Below are positions 9,800 through 19,311 of a DNA stretch of 64,000 nucleotides, in pieces. The notes beneath the pieces were generated by a model, which was not told the origin of the DNA, searched no databases, and saw only the letters and a program-made list of their open reading frames with translations. Made by a program: the position numbers and the translations under genes. Position 1 is the stretch's first letter; every line of letters starts with the position of its first letter. Origin of the DNA: Longimicrobiales bacterium (GTDB lineage: Bacteria > Gemmatimonadota > Gemmatimonadetes > Longimicrobiales > Gaopeijiaceae); NCBI GenBank assembly GCA_965202985.1, contig CBDBCF010000001.1:736001-800000 (forward strand), in the 5' to 3' direction.

Positions 9800-10717
9800 T
9801 TGGCGACCGCCGCGACCTCTCCGATCGACGATCTCCGCATCTGCACGTTGCTGCCCAGCGCGACGGAGATCGCCTACCTGCTCGGGCTGGGCGACGCTGT
9901 GCTCGGCGTGACCCACGAGTGCGACTTCCCGCCGGAGGCGGCAAGGAAGAGGCGGGTCGTCCGAAACAGAATCGACGTCAAGGCGTCCGCCGGCCATATC
10001 GATCGACAAGTCCGCTCGCTTGGCGCGGCCGGCGAAGCGGTGTATGAACTCGACGCCGAGGCGCTGCACGACATTTCCCCGACTTTGGTCGTGACGCAGG
10101 CGCTGTGCGAAGTCTGCGCTCTGCCGTACGACGACGTGATCTCGACGCTGGATGCGCTGGGCATCGCGCCGGTGGTGGTCGCCTTCGACCCGAAGTGCTT
10201 GGACGACGTCTTCCAGGACGTTGAGAGGGTCGGGAGCACCGGCGGCGCAGAGGCGGAGGCTGAGGCGCGAAAGAAGGCAGCCGAACTCCGGGGTCGGGCG
10301 CATCGAGTCGCTGCGCTGGTCGCGGGCCGTGCTCGTCCGCGCGTCGCCTGCTTGGAGTGGCTGGACCCGCTGATGATCGGCGGCCACTGGGTTCCGGAGA
10401 TGGTTCAGCTGGCGGGCGGCCTCGACGTGCTGGGCGAGCCGGAGACGCCCACACGCCGCACCACTTTCGAGGAGGTCGTCGAAGCGGAGCCCGACGTTAT
10501 CGTGCTGATGCCCTGCGGATACGATGTGGAGCGGACGGCCGCGGAAGCCCGCGAGCTGGACTGCCTGGCCCGCTTTCGCCGAACCCCGGCCGGCAGAAGC
10601 GGCCCACGCTTGGTGGACGGCCTGGAACTCCTGGCGGCGCTGCTTCACCCCGCCGTTGAAGGAAGGACGCTGCGAGGCGGCTCCGGTAGCCGACTCTTGC
10701 CGGTTCGCGGCACCTAG
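9800..10717 (+). CDS. Cobalamin/Fe-siderophore ABC substrate-binding protein (BtuF-like)
   Basis: 'RICTLLPSATEI...GVTHECDFP', 'TQALCEVCA', 'LEWLDPLMIGGHWVPEMVQLAGG', 'GPRLVDGLE'. Appears to have an internal C-terminal deletion. Confidence 0.82.
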   Translation: MATAATSPIDDLRICTLLPSATEIAYLLGLGDAVLGVTHECDFPPEAARKRRVVRNRIDVKASAGHIDRQVRSLGAAGEAVYELDAEALHDISPTLVVTQALCEVCALPYDDVISTLDALGIAPVVVAFDPKCLDDVFQDVERVGSTGGAEAEAEARKKAAELRGRAHRVAALVAGRARPRVACLEWLDPLMIGGHWVPEMVQLAGGLDVLGEPETPTRRTTFEEVVEAEPDVIVLMPCGYDVERTAAEARELDCLARFRRTPAGRSGPRLVDGLELLAALLHPAVEGRTLRGGSGSRLLPVRGT

Positions 10718-10724
10718 CCTAGCT

Positions 10725-10982
10725 CTACTTGGAGCCGCTCTTGAGGCCGGGGGCCGCCTCTTCCAGCAGGCCGTTCACCGCCTTGCGCACGTCGGCGGGC
10801 GAGTCGGCGTTCAGCGAGACGCCCAAATGGAAGCGAAGGCCGTGGCCCGCGCCCGCTGCCAGCAACTTCGGAGCAGCGTCGGCCAGGTTCTGAAGCTGCG
10901 CCACATCCACAGCCGTCGTCGGCGCCGGGGACGACTGCTCCACGACGGCGCCCGGCCGGGGCTGGGCTGTCGGCTGCTTCAA
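10725..10982 (-). pseudogene. Detached C-terminal segment of the DUF499 protein (or small separate ORF)
   Basis: Begins 17 nt after the DUF499 stop in another frame, with no clear RBS; 'VAQLQNLADAAPKLLAAGAGHGLRFHLGVSL' resembles DUF499 C-terminal tails. Confidence 0.45.
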
Positions 10983-10999
10983 CCGCTAGGAGCCGGCGG

Positions 11000-13900
11000 T
11001 CACTTAGCCGCCTGCCGCCCACCGCTCACCACGTCCAGCCACCGACTGTTGACCGCCTCCGAGATGCTCTCGCGCACGAGGCCCCAGGGCATGCGCTCGC
11101 CGCGCTGGTGGGACAGGGCGCGCTCGATAGCGACGCCGTTCGTTTCGCCGTCCGTCCATGCGTCGGGCAGCGCCTCTTCGGTGAACTCCTGCACGGGGAC
11201 CAGAGCAGGCGCCGGCCGCAACACGGCGTCTTCGTCCAGCACGCCCGCAGGGATTTCGTCCTTCCAGCAGGAGCTGGGGCCGTTGACCAGCCAAAGTGCA
11301 CCGGCCCCCACGGCCTTGCGGACCGCTTCGAGCACCGCGTCGGGAGGGCAGGCGGGAACCGCGAGCATGTCGTCGTAGCCCTGCTTGCTCACCTGGACAA
11401 CGTGTCCGCCTGCGAAGTAGGCGAGCAAGTCGCGGACGGGAAGGCGGTGTTCGGCGGCCGCCCCGGCGTCGGCAGGCCAGAGGCCGGGCAGGCGGTCGGG
11501 ACCCAGAAGAGGCACGTGCAAGCTCTTCAGGTCGGCCTTTTCCGGCAAGACGACTTCCAATGCCGGGTCCGCTGCCGACGGCGACTCCACGGGCTCGCGC
11601 CACCAAGTGCGCCGGGTTCCGTCGGGCCGCACCAGCCGAGCGACAAGCAGCCCGCGCTCGACGCCCTGCAGGACCGTGGTCAGCAGTATCCGCGTGTTGA
11701 GGAGCTTGGGCAGACGGGGGTTGCGGGCGAACGGAGCCGCCAAGTCCTTTACGAACCTGGCCTTCTCGTCTTCTAGCCAGAGGTTGTAGGGTCCGCCGGG
11801 CAACAGCGCCTCGGCGTCCACCGCCGTTTCCTTGATGCGGGAGCGCTCGTCGTTCTTGATCTGGGGGAACAAAGGTTCCGCGCTTGCCGGCAGCTTGAAG
11901 GCGTGAACGACGTTGTCTTCGTTGACCGTCACGACGACCCCGTACGCTTGGCGCACCACATCCGGAACGCGGTTGCGCGCTTCGCGAAGTAGGCGGCGCA
12001 GCCGTTCGGCGCGCAGCGGGTCCACGCTCGTGTTGCGCAACTGGGCGTCCACGTGCTCCCAGCCCAACAGCGAGCGCACTTGCATGCGGGCAGCTTCCAA
12101 CCCGTTTCGCGAAGGGACGGCCAAGACGAGCGTATTGCGGGCAACACGCGGCTGGCCTCGGTCGGACTTGACGTCGATGCAGCGCTTGGCCACGGGGCTG
12201 GGCCGCCCCGAATCCGATGTCGCTTCGGGGCCGAGGATCACGTAGTGAAAGTCTCCGTCGTCAGCCACTTCGGCGGGCGAAGCGGGGAGCAGGTGACACT
12301 TCGCGCCCGCCGCGGCCGCGCCCCCGTCCAGCTTGCTCCGGCACTTGCGCACGGTCTTCAGCAGGCGCTCCGTCACGTCGGCGTCGGTGACGCGCCGCGC
12401 ACAAGCTTCGTCGTGCATGTTGCGCAGATTGGGGCGGGTGCCCAGCCGCCACTCCTTGGGAAGGCTCTGGCCGTCGTCGTTCGAGTCCTCGTCGTCCAGG
12501 AACCACGAGACGTCGCGCCAGCGGAGCAGTCCCTTCTCGAACTCGATGGCGTCGGGGCCGGAAGTTCCCGCCAGCCGTTGCAGCTCGAACGTCGTGACCT
12601 TGCCGCCGCGCGGCGAATGCAGGAACACCGAGACGACGGCCTGCTCGACTTCGCGGTTCCGCTCCAGGTCCCGATGGTCGCTCTGAACCAGGCGCGCCTT
12701 GTCGAACTCGGCCTGCAGCAGCTTGCCCCAGTCGGCGGTCTTCCCCGCCGTGGCCGAGTTCGCGGTGTTGGCGAGCTCGCTCAGAGCCGTCGAGACGCTT
12801 TCCTCGCCGGGCGCCGCCAAGAGGGCGGACGCTCCCACGACGGGGCTGCGGTCCCACTTCTCGGCCTCCCGAAGCGCCGTCGCAAGGGTGCGCAAGATGC
12901 CGCGGGTCCGCTGAAAGTCGTCCAGCTGGGTCCAGCGGCTGTAGAAGACGTCGGTCATGTCCGGGTGGAAGGGGAAGCTTTGGACGACGCGGTCCTCTGC
13001 CCCGGCCTTGTCCTTCGCGATCGTCTCGTCCAGCTTGGCCAAGCCGCGAACGACCGCGATGGCCTGGCTGCGTCGCGCGTCGTCGTCGGGCATCTCCTGG
13101 AAGAAGCGCCGCCGCAGCACCTCCGCCACGTCTTCTTTGCGCACGGGCTGGACGCCCTCCTCGCGCTGCCGCCGGAAGACCGCGAACAAGTCGCTCTTGA
13201 GAACGCCGCCCAGGTCGCCCTGTTCCTTCGACGGGTCGGTGGCAAGGAGCGACGCCACGATCGCCGCCCGGTCCACCTTGGCGACGGCTTGGTTCAGGTA
13301 TTGGAAGAAGTCGCGGATGCGGTCGCGCCAGACGGGATCGAGTCCGGCCTTCTCGCGAGCGTACATCAGCACTTCGTCCACCAGGATCAACGTGCCCAGG
13401 CCGTCGCGACCCGGAACCTCCAGCAACTTGGCAAGGAGCGGCTCGGCCGGCGGCGTCTCTCGTTCTTCGTCTTTGTCATCCGCGTGGATGGCGCGCAGTC
13501 CGTCGGCACCCGCCAGCTGGAAGGCCAGCACGCTCCACGGATGCTTGAGTGTGCGCCGCTCGCCGTTCGGTGCACGCACGTCCTCAATGCCCTTCTCGGC
13601 GTCGATCTTGTCAAAGCACAGCGTGGCGACAAACGCCCGCGGCAGGTCCTCGCCCACGTGCTCGCGGAACGCCGTCACCGTAGGCGAGTCCGGCAACGCA
13701 CCGGGATCGCGGAAGAGATGGTACAGCGTGATCAGCGTGTGGGTCTTGCCGCCGCCGTAGGTGAGTTCCAACTGCCGGATCGCCCGGTCGGTCCTGCCGG
13801 AGAGGCGAAGCGCCACGTCCTTGACCAGCTCGCGGAGCGGCGGCGTCGGGAAGGTGAGGTCGAAGAACCGGGCCGGGTTCTCGTAGATCGGACGCTTTCC

Positions 13901-14011
13901 CCGCACCAGCGCGACCTCGTGAAGATCGGCGGCGAACTGGGCCAGCGTGAGCTCGCCGCTGCGGAGTTCGTCCTTGAGGCTGACGAGAGCGGTCCAGGGC
14001 TTGGGCTTCAT
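11000..14011 (-). CDS. DUF499 AAA+ ATPase (restriction-like/BREX-related defence system)
   Basis: MKPKPW...'FAADLHEV', 'FFDLTFPT', Walker A 'TYGGGKTH', Walker B 'LILVDE', 'SFPFHP', 'FQRTRGILR'. ATGA overlap with upstream gene at 14008-14011. Confidence 0.88.
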   Translation of the reverse strand: MKPKPWTALVSLKDELRSGELTLAQFAADLHEVALVRGKRPIYENPARFFDLTFPTPPLRELVKDVALRLSGRTDRAIRQLELTYGGGKTHTLITLYHLFRDPGALPDSPTVTAFREHVGEDLPRAFVATLCFDKIDAEKGIEDVRAPNGERRTLKHPWSVLAFQLAGADGLRAIHADDKDEERETPPAEPLLAKLLEVPGRDGLGTLILVDEVLMYAREKAGLDPVWRDRIRDFFQYLNQAVAKVDRAAIVASLLATDPSKEQGDLGGVLKSDLFAVFRRQREEGVQPVRKEDVAEVLRRRFFQEMPDDDARRSQAIAVVRGLAKLDETIAKDKAGAEDRVVQSFPFHPDMTDVFYSRWTQLDDFQRTRGILRTLATALREAEKWDRSPVVGASALLAAPGEESVSTALSELANTANSATAGKTADWGKLLQAEFDKARLVQSDHRDLERNREVEQAVVSVFLHSPRGGKVTTFELQRLAGTSGPDAIEFEKGLLRWRDVSWFLDDEDSNDDGQSLPKEWRLGTRPNLRNMHDEACARRVTDADVTERLLKTVRKCRSKLDGGAAAAGAKCHLLPASPAEVADDGDFHYVILGPEATSDSGRPSPVAKRCIDVKSDRGQPRVARNTLVLAVPSRNGLEAARMQVRSLLGWEHVDAQLRNTSVDPLRAERLRRLLREARNRVPDVVRQAYGVVVTVNEDNVVHAFKLPASAEPLFPQIKNDERSRIKETAVDAEALLPGGPYNLWLEDEKARFVKDLAAPFARNPRLPKLLNTRILLTTVLQGVERGLLVARLVRPDGTRRTWWREPVESPSAADPALEVVLPEKADLKSLHVPLLGPDRLPGLWPADAGAAAEHRLPVRDLLAYFAGGHVVQVSKQGYDDMLAVPACPPDAVLEAVRKAVGAGALWLVNGPSSCWKDEIPAGVLDEDAVLRPAPALVPVQEFTEEALPDAWTDGETNGVAIERALSHQRGERMPWGLVRESISEAVNSRWLDVVSGGRQAAK

Positions 14012-14661
14012 GAGTGCGTTTCGGGTTTGGGAAACCAGCGGCGCAGCGTGGCGAGGAGTTCCTGGAAGGCGGGATCCCGGCATTCGTCCACTTCGGCGAC
14101 CGCCGCCATCTTCTCGAACATGCGAGCGTTCCGTCGGAGCGGCCGGCCGGAAGGAGCCCGGCGTATGGCCTCTGTCATCGCCTTCTTCGGCGTGGGCGGC
14201 TTGGCATGGCTATCCGGCCACAATCCTCTTGCCGTCAAGCAAGCACGCATTTCCTGAGCGTCTCCGGCCCAGCCGAGAACGTTGGCAGCTGCCGCCAAGT
14301 CGCCCCAGAACCATGCTTCGAGTTCTGGTTGAATTACAATCACGTTCGCCCGGCTGTCCCATCCGTTGCGGGCAAGTTCGGCTTCAAGTCGTGCCCGAAT
14401 TCGATCTCTCGAATCCCTGCTTCCGCAACCGTGGTGGTCAAAGATCACGAGACAGTGACTGTACTTGCCCAGGTGCCGACGCAAGAACTCCACGGCGTCG
14501 GTCCGGCAGCCGGGATCTCGGCCGGGGTGCTTCTCCACGGCGAATCCGAAACATGCTGCGCCGAGCGCTTTCGGGCGGGCCAGCAACGTCCTCATCGTCC
14601 ACATCATGTCGGTGTCGGCGACCAGCACGATCAGATCGCCGACACCGAGCGACGGCTTCAT
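14008..14661 (-). CDS. mad4: MAD4-like protein (TOPRIM/DUF4276-like partner of ABC ATPase)
   Basis: 'DLIVLVAD..M...LLARPKALG', 'HPGRDPGC', 'FDHHGCG', 'IQPELEAWFW', 'KPPTPK', 'CRDPAF', as in MADS MAD4 (from recall). ATGA-coupled to the ATPase. Confidence 0.65.
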   Translation of the reverse strand: MKPSLGVGDLIVLVADTDMMWTMRTLLARPKALGAACFGFAVEKHPGRDPGCRTDAVEFLRRHLGKYSHCLVIFDHHGCGSRDSRDRIRARLEAELARNGWDSRANVIVIQPELEAWFWGDLAAAANVLGWAGDAQEMRACLTARGLWPDSHAKPPTPKKAMTEAIRRAPSGRPLRRNARMFEKMAAVAEVDECRDPAFQELLATLRRWFPKPETHS

Positions 14662-15947
14662 TCGACGACTCCCTTGGCAAAGAACACCTCCATGTTGACA
14701 GCCCCCTGCCACTCCCGGACGACGGGGTGGCAGTCGCCTCTGACGACGTCCGTCGCCCCTTCGGTGTCTTTGGCACAGCAAAGTACGTCTTCTGGACTGG
14801 CCTTGGACAGAAACGCGGGAGAATGGGTTGCAACGAGAATCTGGGAGGCGCCGGCAGAAGAAGTAGCGTCGTAAATGGCGTCAAGCGCCGAGAGGTGAAC
14901 GCCATTCTCCGGTTCGTCCAGCAGGTACACTTGATCCTTCTTGGCCATGTACGCTGCCAGCATAAGGGCGAGGAATCGCAAGGTGCCGTCGGATGCCATC
15001 CACGATGGAACTTCGACGCCAGTGCCGTACTCGAGCATTAGGTAGTGCGTACGATCTTCGGGGCGATGGACGACGCGGACGCCGACCAAGTCTTCCAGCT
15101 CCACTTGGACATGGTTCATCCAAGCATTGTAGAGCTCCCTGTCATTCTCCAGAACATCCTTCAATGTCCATGGCAGTCTTGCACCGCGCAAGGCCAACGG
15201 GTTCCGACCGGACGCGAAACCGCTTGGTGCTCGCATTGTACCGCTGTCCAAGAATACTGAGTTTATGCCAGCAGAGAGTAGGGAATAGAAGTACCTGGAG
15301 ACCGGAGAGCGAGTCTGGTCGAGGAGTCGAAGATGGGACATCAGCGGGTCAGTCGGCAGTTGCCCAAGTACCGTGCTGGCTGGCACCTCGTCCTGCAGTC
15401 TTGCTGGAATCTGATCTTCGGCTCTGAATATGAGTTGACCAAAACCACGCTCAAGTACCACTAGTGAGTGGTCGTGTCGGACTCTGGACAAGATCGTCTT
15501 GGGGGGTTGCGATGGCCCGGGGAAGGAGCGTCGGGGAGTTTGCGACGCGGCCAGTGGCGATTGGTTGGAGATCAGTATTCCCCGTTCGTCGTAGATGTGC
15601 TGAATGTTTTCGGCGACCTCTCCAACCGCGATCTCGTAGCGATACGTATTGAACTCCTGGTTGGTGCGAACATGGCCTCGCAAGTCTGCAGGAACTGCGA
15701 TTTCCAGGGCAAGCTCAAAGCTCATATCTTCCGTCGGCCTGCCCCACACGAGGTCCTGGAAGTTGTACGTGCGGTTCGAGATCGCCTTTTCCAGTCCATC
15801 CCGAACGAAGTCGCTCATGAACGACACGACGTCGAACAGAGTGCTCTTGCCGCTGGCATTGGGGCCGATCAGAACGTGGAAGCGGTCGAGCGTCACGTCC
15901 ACATAGCGGAGACAGCGGTAGTTTAGCGCTTGGATCCGAGTGATCAT
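14658..15947 (-). CDS. mad3: ABC-type AAA ATPase (MAD3-like)
   Basis: MITRIQALNYRCLRYV; Walker A GPNASGKS; 'SDGT' signature; Walker B LLDEPE; H-loop ATHS. Confidence 0.75.
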   Translation of the reverse strand: MITRIQALNYRCLRYVDVTLDRFHVLIGPNASGKSTLFDVVSFMSDFVRDGLEKAISNRTYNFQDLVWGRPTEDMSFELALEIAVPADLRGHVRTNQEFNTYRYEIAVGEVAENIQHIYDERGILISNQSPLAASQTPRRSFPGPSQPPKTILSRVRHDHSLVVLERGFGQLIFRAEDQIPARLQDEVPASTVLGQLPTDPLMSHLRLLDQTRSPVSRYFYSLLSAGINSVFLDSGTMRAPSGFASGRNPLALRGARLPWTLKDVLENDRELYNAWMNHVQVELEDLVGVRVVHRPEDRTHYLMLEYGTGVEVPSWMASDGTLRFLALMLAAYMAKKDQVYLLDEPENGVHLSALDAIYDATSSAGASQILVATHSPAFLSKASPEDVLCCAKDTEGATDVVRGDCHPVVREWQGAVNMEVFFAKGVVE

Positions 15948-15996
15948 GGCACCACTCTCCCCTCGTGCTCGCGGGTCCCAGCGGCGTGGTGACGGG

Positions 15997-16086
15997 CTAG
16001 CACGACGGGACCCAGGGGTTCAGCAGGTCGAGACCGCGGAGCTCGTCCTTGAGGCTAACGAGAGCGGTCCGGGGCTTGGGCTTCAT
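15997..16086 (-). repeat. Chimeric duplication: first 51 nt of DUF499 gene fused to last ~34 nt of vapC
   Basis: 16036-16086 matches 13961-14011 at 48/51; 16002-16035 matches 19314-19347 at 31/34. Confidence 0.92.
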
Positions 16087-16149
16087 TTCTCGATCGATCA
16101 CGTGGGCTGCCCGCTCAATCCAGTGACGTCCTGCATCTCGATGTCTTCG

Positions 16150-18168
16150 TCAGTCAGGATGCAGCGGGTCGTAGTCGTCGATATCCTTGATCACACCTTC
16201 CAAGTCCACCTTATGCCGTCTTTGGTCGACGTAAGCGCTGTATGCGTTGTATGCGTCATCAAGCAACTCTTCGTAGAACACAATTCGCGACTGGTAGGAG
16301 TCCAAGGCCCTTGTCGAGGAGTCTTGTCCACCGTCGTCAGCCCAGTCACTGGGTTCCCGTCCCAGCAACACAACAAATTCCATCGGCTCGTTCGACCGTC
16401 CTTGGGCGCGGAGCAGTTTCGCCATTCCCGATCTGTACTTCCGCACTTGCTCAATAATCTGTGGAGTCGACACTATCCTCTTTGGTCGCTTCAGCTCTAT
16501 AAAGATGTGTTTTCCGGCCGCCTTGCGATACTTGATGTCAAATCGGGCACGTCTTTCTTCCTCGGACAACTTTGCGTCAACTTCCTCCAGGAGCTTGGAC
16601 ACCCGACGTTCCATGTGTTCCGAGCCTTCCACCCGTTCCCAGGATGGATCCAACAACCAGAGATGCTCGAACAAGAATTCTTGAATATCACGCTCAATCA
16701 GATTATCGTCCACCTTTTGTCGCAATACGTCAATTTGACGCAACCGTTGTCGTGTTATCTGACCGTACAAGCTGCTCTCCACATCGTCCAGACTCTTGAA
16801 CACCTTGAGAGTTGCCTCCAGATTCCCATCCGAGACTGCCTCCAGTTGGCGCAGGTCTTCGTTGGCCCTATAGAATTCAAAAGCCAAGACTGCGTGTTTG
16901 ATCAAGCTTTTCTGTTCGTTCACGTCCTCTATCCGAAGCCGGTTTAGGCGCCCAAGCCAAGCCCGAGCTTTCTTGCGAGGCTCGCCCGGCAACTGGCTCA
17001 GCCACTTCTTGACAGCAGGAATGCTCATTGCCGTCTTTACGCCTTCGTCGGATCGCAATTCCTTCCAGCGCTTCTGAATGTGTTTCAGTTCTCGCCAGAC
17101 GATATCCTGCAGGTTCCGATACCTCTCGTCATCCTCCACAATGCGCTGGCGACTACTTGTGGTCGCATCGTCGTCCTCCAGCGTATCCGTTCCAGGGCCG
17201 TCATATTGATCGAAGTCGTCGACGTGAAGTTCGCCGATCAAGTAGCTCGCATACACCCCTCTTTCGGACAAATCCGCAAGCATATCCTCCTGGGCTAGCT
17301 TGCCGCGGACAAATATGGCAATGCGATTCAGGTTGTCACCGCGATCGCTACCGGCACCGTCCTCGTCCTTCAGGTCTCTGACTCTTCTAACTGCCGCCAA
17401 CCAGCCGGCCACGGATAGGCCGTTTTGGCTTGCGTAGTCTGTACGATCTTCGTGTTCTTCGACATTGCACTGGGACATCACATGTTCTTGGTCGCCATAT
17501 GTCCATATATACCGAATCTTGCCGTAGTAGTCGCGGTCGGCGGGCGTGACCTCGTCTTCATTGACGACTACCCGGAATCCTTGCTCGGCGCCGATAATCG
17601 AAAAGCGGCGCGCTACTCGCCTCTTGAGCCCTGTAGTTGTCCTAATGGATTGTCGACGTCGGAGGTTACGAAGGGTAAGTCTGGTGCCGTTTGGGAAGTC
17701 TATGGACTCGGTAGATCGGGGCTCCGCATTGTAGATTCCGGCTCCTCCTGCCCTACGGATTTCATCGCGTATCTTTTTTACGTCGAGTCGGAATGCGTTC
17801 TTGAATCCGTCCTTGGCAGTCTCCACGTCTATTACTCTCGCGATCGAGAATAGAGACAGCTTGCCTATTCCCTTCCGTCCCATGGGACGACGGCCCTTGT
17901 TCGTTAGGCCTGGTTGTGCGTGCCGCCTGTTGTATCCGACAATTAGAAACCGATCAACGATGTTTTCCCGGGTCATGCCGATGCCATCGTCCTGGATTAC
18001 GATGGCACCGTCTTTCTCCCAGGTGACGTGCACGGTCGATGCGTCCGCGTCCCACGCGTTGGCCACCGTCTCCGCGAGAACGGCCGGCACGTTGCTGTAG
18101 AGGTTGATACCGAGGTGCTCAAGTACGTTCAGGCTGATCGTCAGCGGGTACTTGGGCTCGGCACTCAT
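16150..18168 (-). CDS. GHKL (MORC/MutL-like) ATPase fused to C-terminal PD-(D/E)xK endonuclease; HgiDII/BbrUII-like restriction enzyme
   Basis: 'ETVANAWDA', 'DDGIGM', 'GRKGIGK'; C-terminal 'RFDIKY...FIELKRP'; ATGA-coupled to a C5 methyltransferase; lower GC than flanks. Confidence 0.82.
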   Translation of the reverse strand: MSAEPKYPLTISLNVLEHLGINLYSNVPAVLAETVANAWDADASTVHVTWEKDGAIVIQDDGIGMTRENIVDRFLIVGYNRRHAQPGLTNKGRRPMGRKGIGKLSLFSIARVIDVETAKDGFKNAFRLDVKKIRDEIRRAGGAGIYNAEPRSTESIDFPNGTRLTLRNLRRRQSIRTTTGLKRRVARRFSIIGAEQGFRVVVNEDEVTPADRDYYGKIRYIWTYGDQEHVMSQCNVEEHEDRTDYASQNGLSVAGWLAAVRRVRDLKDEDGAGSDRGDNLNRIAIFVRGKLAQEDMLADLSERGVYASYLIGELHVDDFDQYDGPGTDTLEDDDATTSSRQRIVEDDERYRNLQDIVWRELKHIQKRWKELRSDEGVKTAMSIPAVKKWLSQLPGEPRKKARAWLGRLNRLRIEDVNEQKSLIKHAVLAFEFYRANEDLRQLEAVSDGNLEATLKVFKSLDDVESSLYGQITRQRLRQIDVLRQKVDDNLIERDIQEFLFEHLWLLDPSWERVEGSEHMERRVSKLLEEVDAKLSEEERRARFDIKYRKAAGKHIFIELKRPKRIVSTPQIIEQVRKYRSGMAKLLRAQGRSNEPMEFVVLLGREPSDWADDGGQDSSTRALDSYQSRIVFYEELLDDAYNAYSAYVDQRRHKVDLEGVIKDIDDYDPLHPD

Positions 18169-19229
18169 GCCGCGTGCTCTGCCAAGTGCAACCGAACGGA
18201 ACGAGCGGTGGCTCTCGCTAACGCGACGGGCACCGCGTTGCCGATCAGCCGGCCCAGGGTCTTGAAGCGAATCTTCTCGTCGGGTGCGGTGAACCTATAC
18301 AGCGGCGGAAAGGACTGGAGGATCGAGCCCTCGCGGAGCGACAACGCCCGATCCTGTTCCGGGTGACCGAACCTGCCGTTGCCGAAACCGTAGAACTGGG
18401 TGGTGATCGTCGGCGCAGGGGACCTCCACGCCATTCGGCCGTAGACCGAACCGTATGTGCGGCCAGTATCCGCCTTGTGGCAGTCGGCGATCAGGCTGTC
18501 GTTCCAGTCGCGCCAGCTGCCGCCAGCCCTTGAAGCGCGGATGCGGGCCAAGTTCAGCGGAGAGAGGCGGCTGCATCGATGGAGAGGGTCGTCCGCATGG
18601 ACTTCGCCGGCTGCGAGCGCAGGGAGCCGGCCGATGGCGTCCCTCACGGTGGGGTAGGAGTCGGGAGCGTGGGTCGGAGGCTCCAACTCGATTGGGCCCA
18701 GTCGGGATGCCAGGAGAACTAGGCGGCTACGACGTTGGGGGACGCCGTAGTCGGGCGCAAATGCGATCTGCCAGTGGATCCGGTATCCGCCACGGCGAAG
18801 CGTGTCGAGGAAGGCGCCGAATACTTGGCCGCCTCGGAATTTGGTGAGCCGGGGCACGTTCTCCATGGACACCATGTGGGGCTGCGTCTCGGATACGATT
18901 CGGCCGAACTCCGCCAGCAGCTTCCATTGCGGGTCGGTGTTTCTGTGATTGTATGTCGAGAATGGCTGGCAAGGCGCACAGCCGACAAGCACCTGGGGAA
19001 GGCCGGACGCAAACAGCCCGGCGACTTGGCTGCCTCGAAGAGAAGCGAGATCACCTTGAATGAAGCGCGCTTGGTTGTTCTGCTCGAAAGGGAATCGACA
19101 ATCCCCGTCAATGTCGATCCCTGCGGCCACTCGGAATCCCTCCATGAGGAACCCGTGGGAGAGCCCCCCGGCACCGCAGAAGAGGTCCACCACGCTAGCC
19201 AACTGGGGCTTCTGTGCGGTGTCTCTCAT
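18165..19229 (-). CDS. dcm: DNA (cytosine-5)-methyltransferase, M.HgiDII-like
   Basis: Motif I DLFCGAGG, IV GCAPCQPFS, VI ENV, VIII PQRRSR, X GNAVP; 'YGSVYGRM..APTITTQ..GNGRFGHPEQDR' as in M.HgiDII (from recall). Confidence 0.92.
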   Translation of the reverse strand: MRDTAQKPQLASVVDLFCGAGGLSHGFLMEGFRVAAGIDIDGDCRFPFEQNNQARFIQGDLASLRGSQVAGLFASGLPQVLVGCAPCQPFSTYNHRNTDPQWKLLAEFGRIVSETQPHMVSMENVPRLTKFRGGQVFGAFLDTLRRGGYRIHWQIAFAPDYGVPQRRSRLVLLASRLGPIELEPPTHAPDSYPTVRDAIGRLPALAAGEVHADDPLHRCSRLSPLNLARIRASRAGGSWRDWNDSLIADCHKADTGRTYGSVYGRMAWRSPAPTITTQFYGFGNGRFGHPEQDRALSLREGSILQSFPPLYRFTAPDEKIRFKTLGRLIGNAVPVALARATARSVRLHLAEHAA

Positions 19230-19311
19230 CGGATTCGGCCTCCGTGCGGGACCCTTCAGAGCTTCGCCACGAGGAAGATAACCGGGGGGCACGTCCGTTC
19301 TCAAGCTTGGC

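Noticed and set aside
15940..16947. 335-aa plus-strand ORF over the GHKL gene
   Set aside because: Antisense shadow of the GHKL nuclease; no recognisable motifs.
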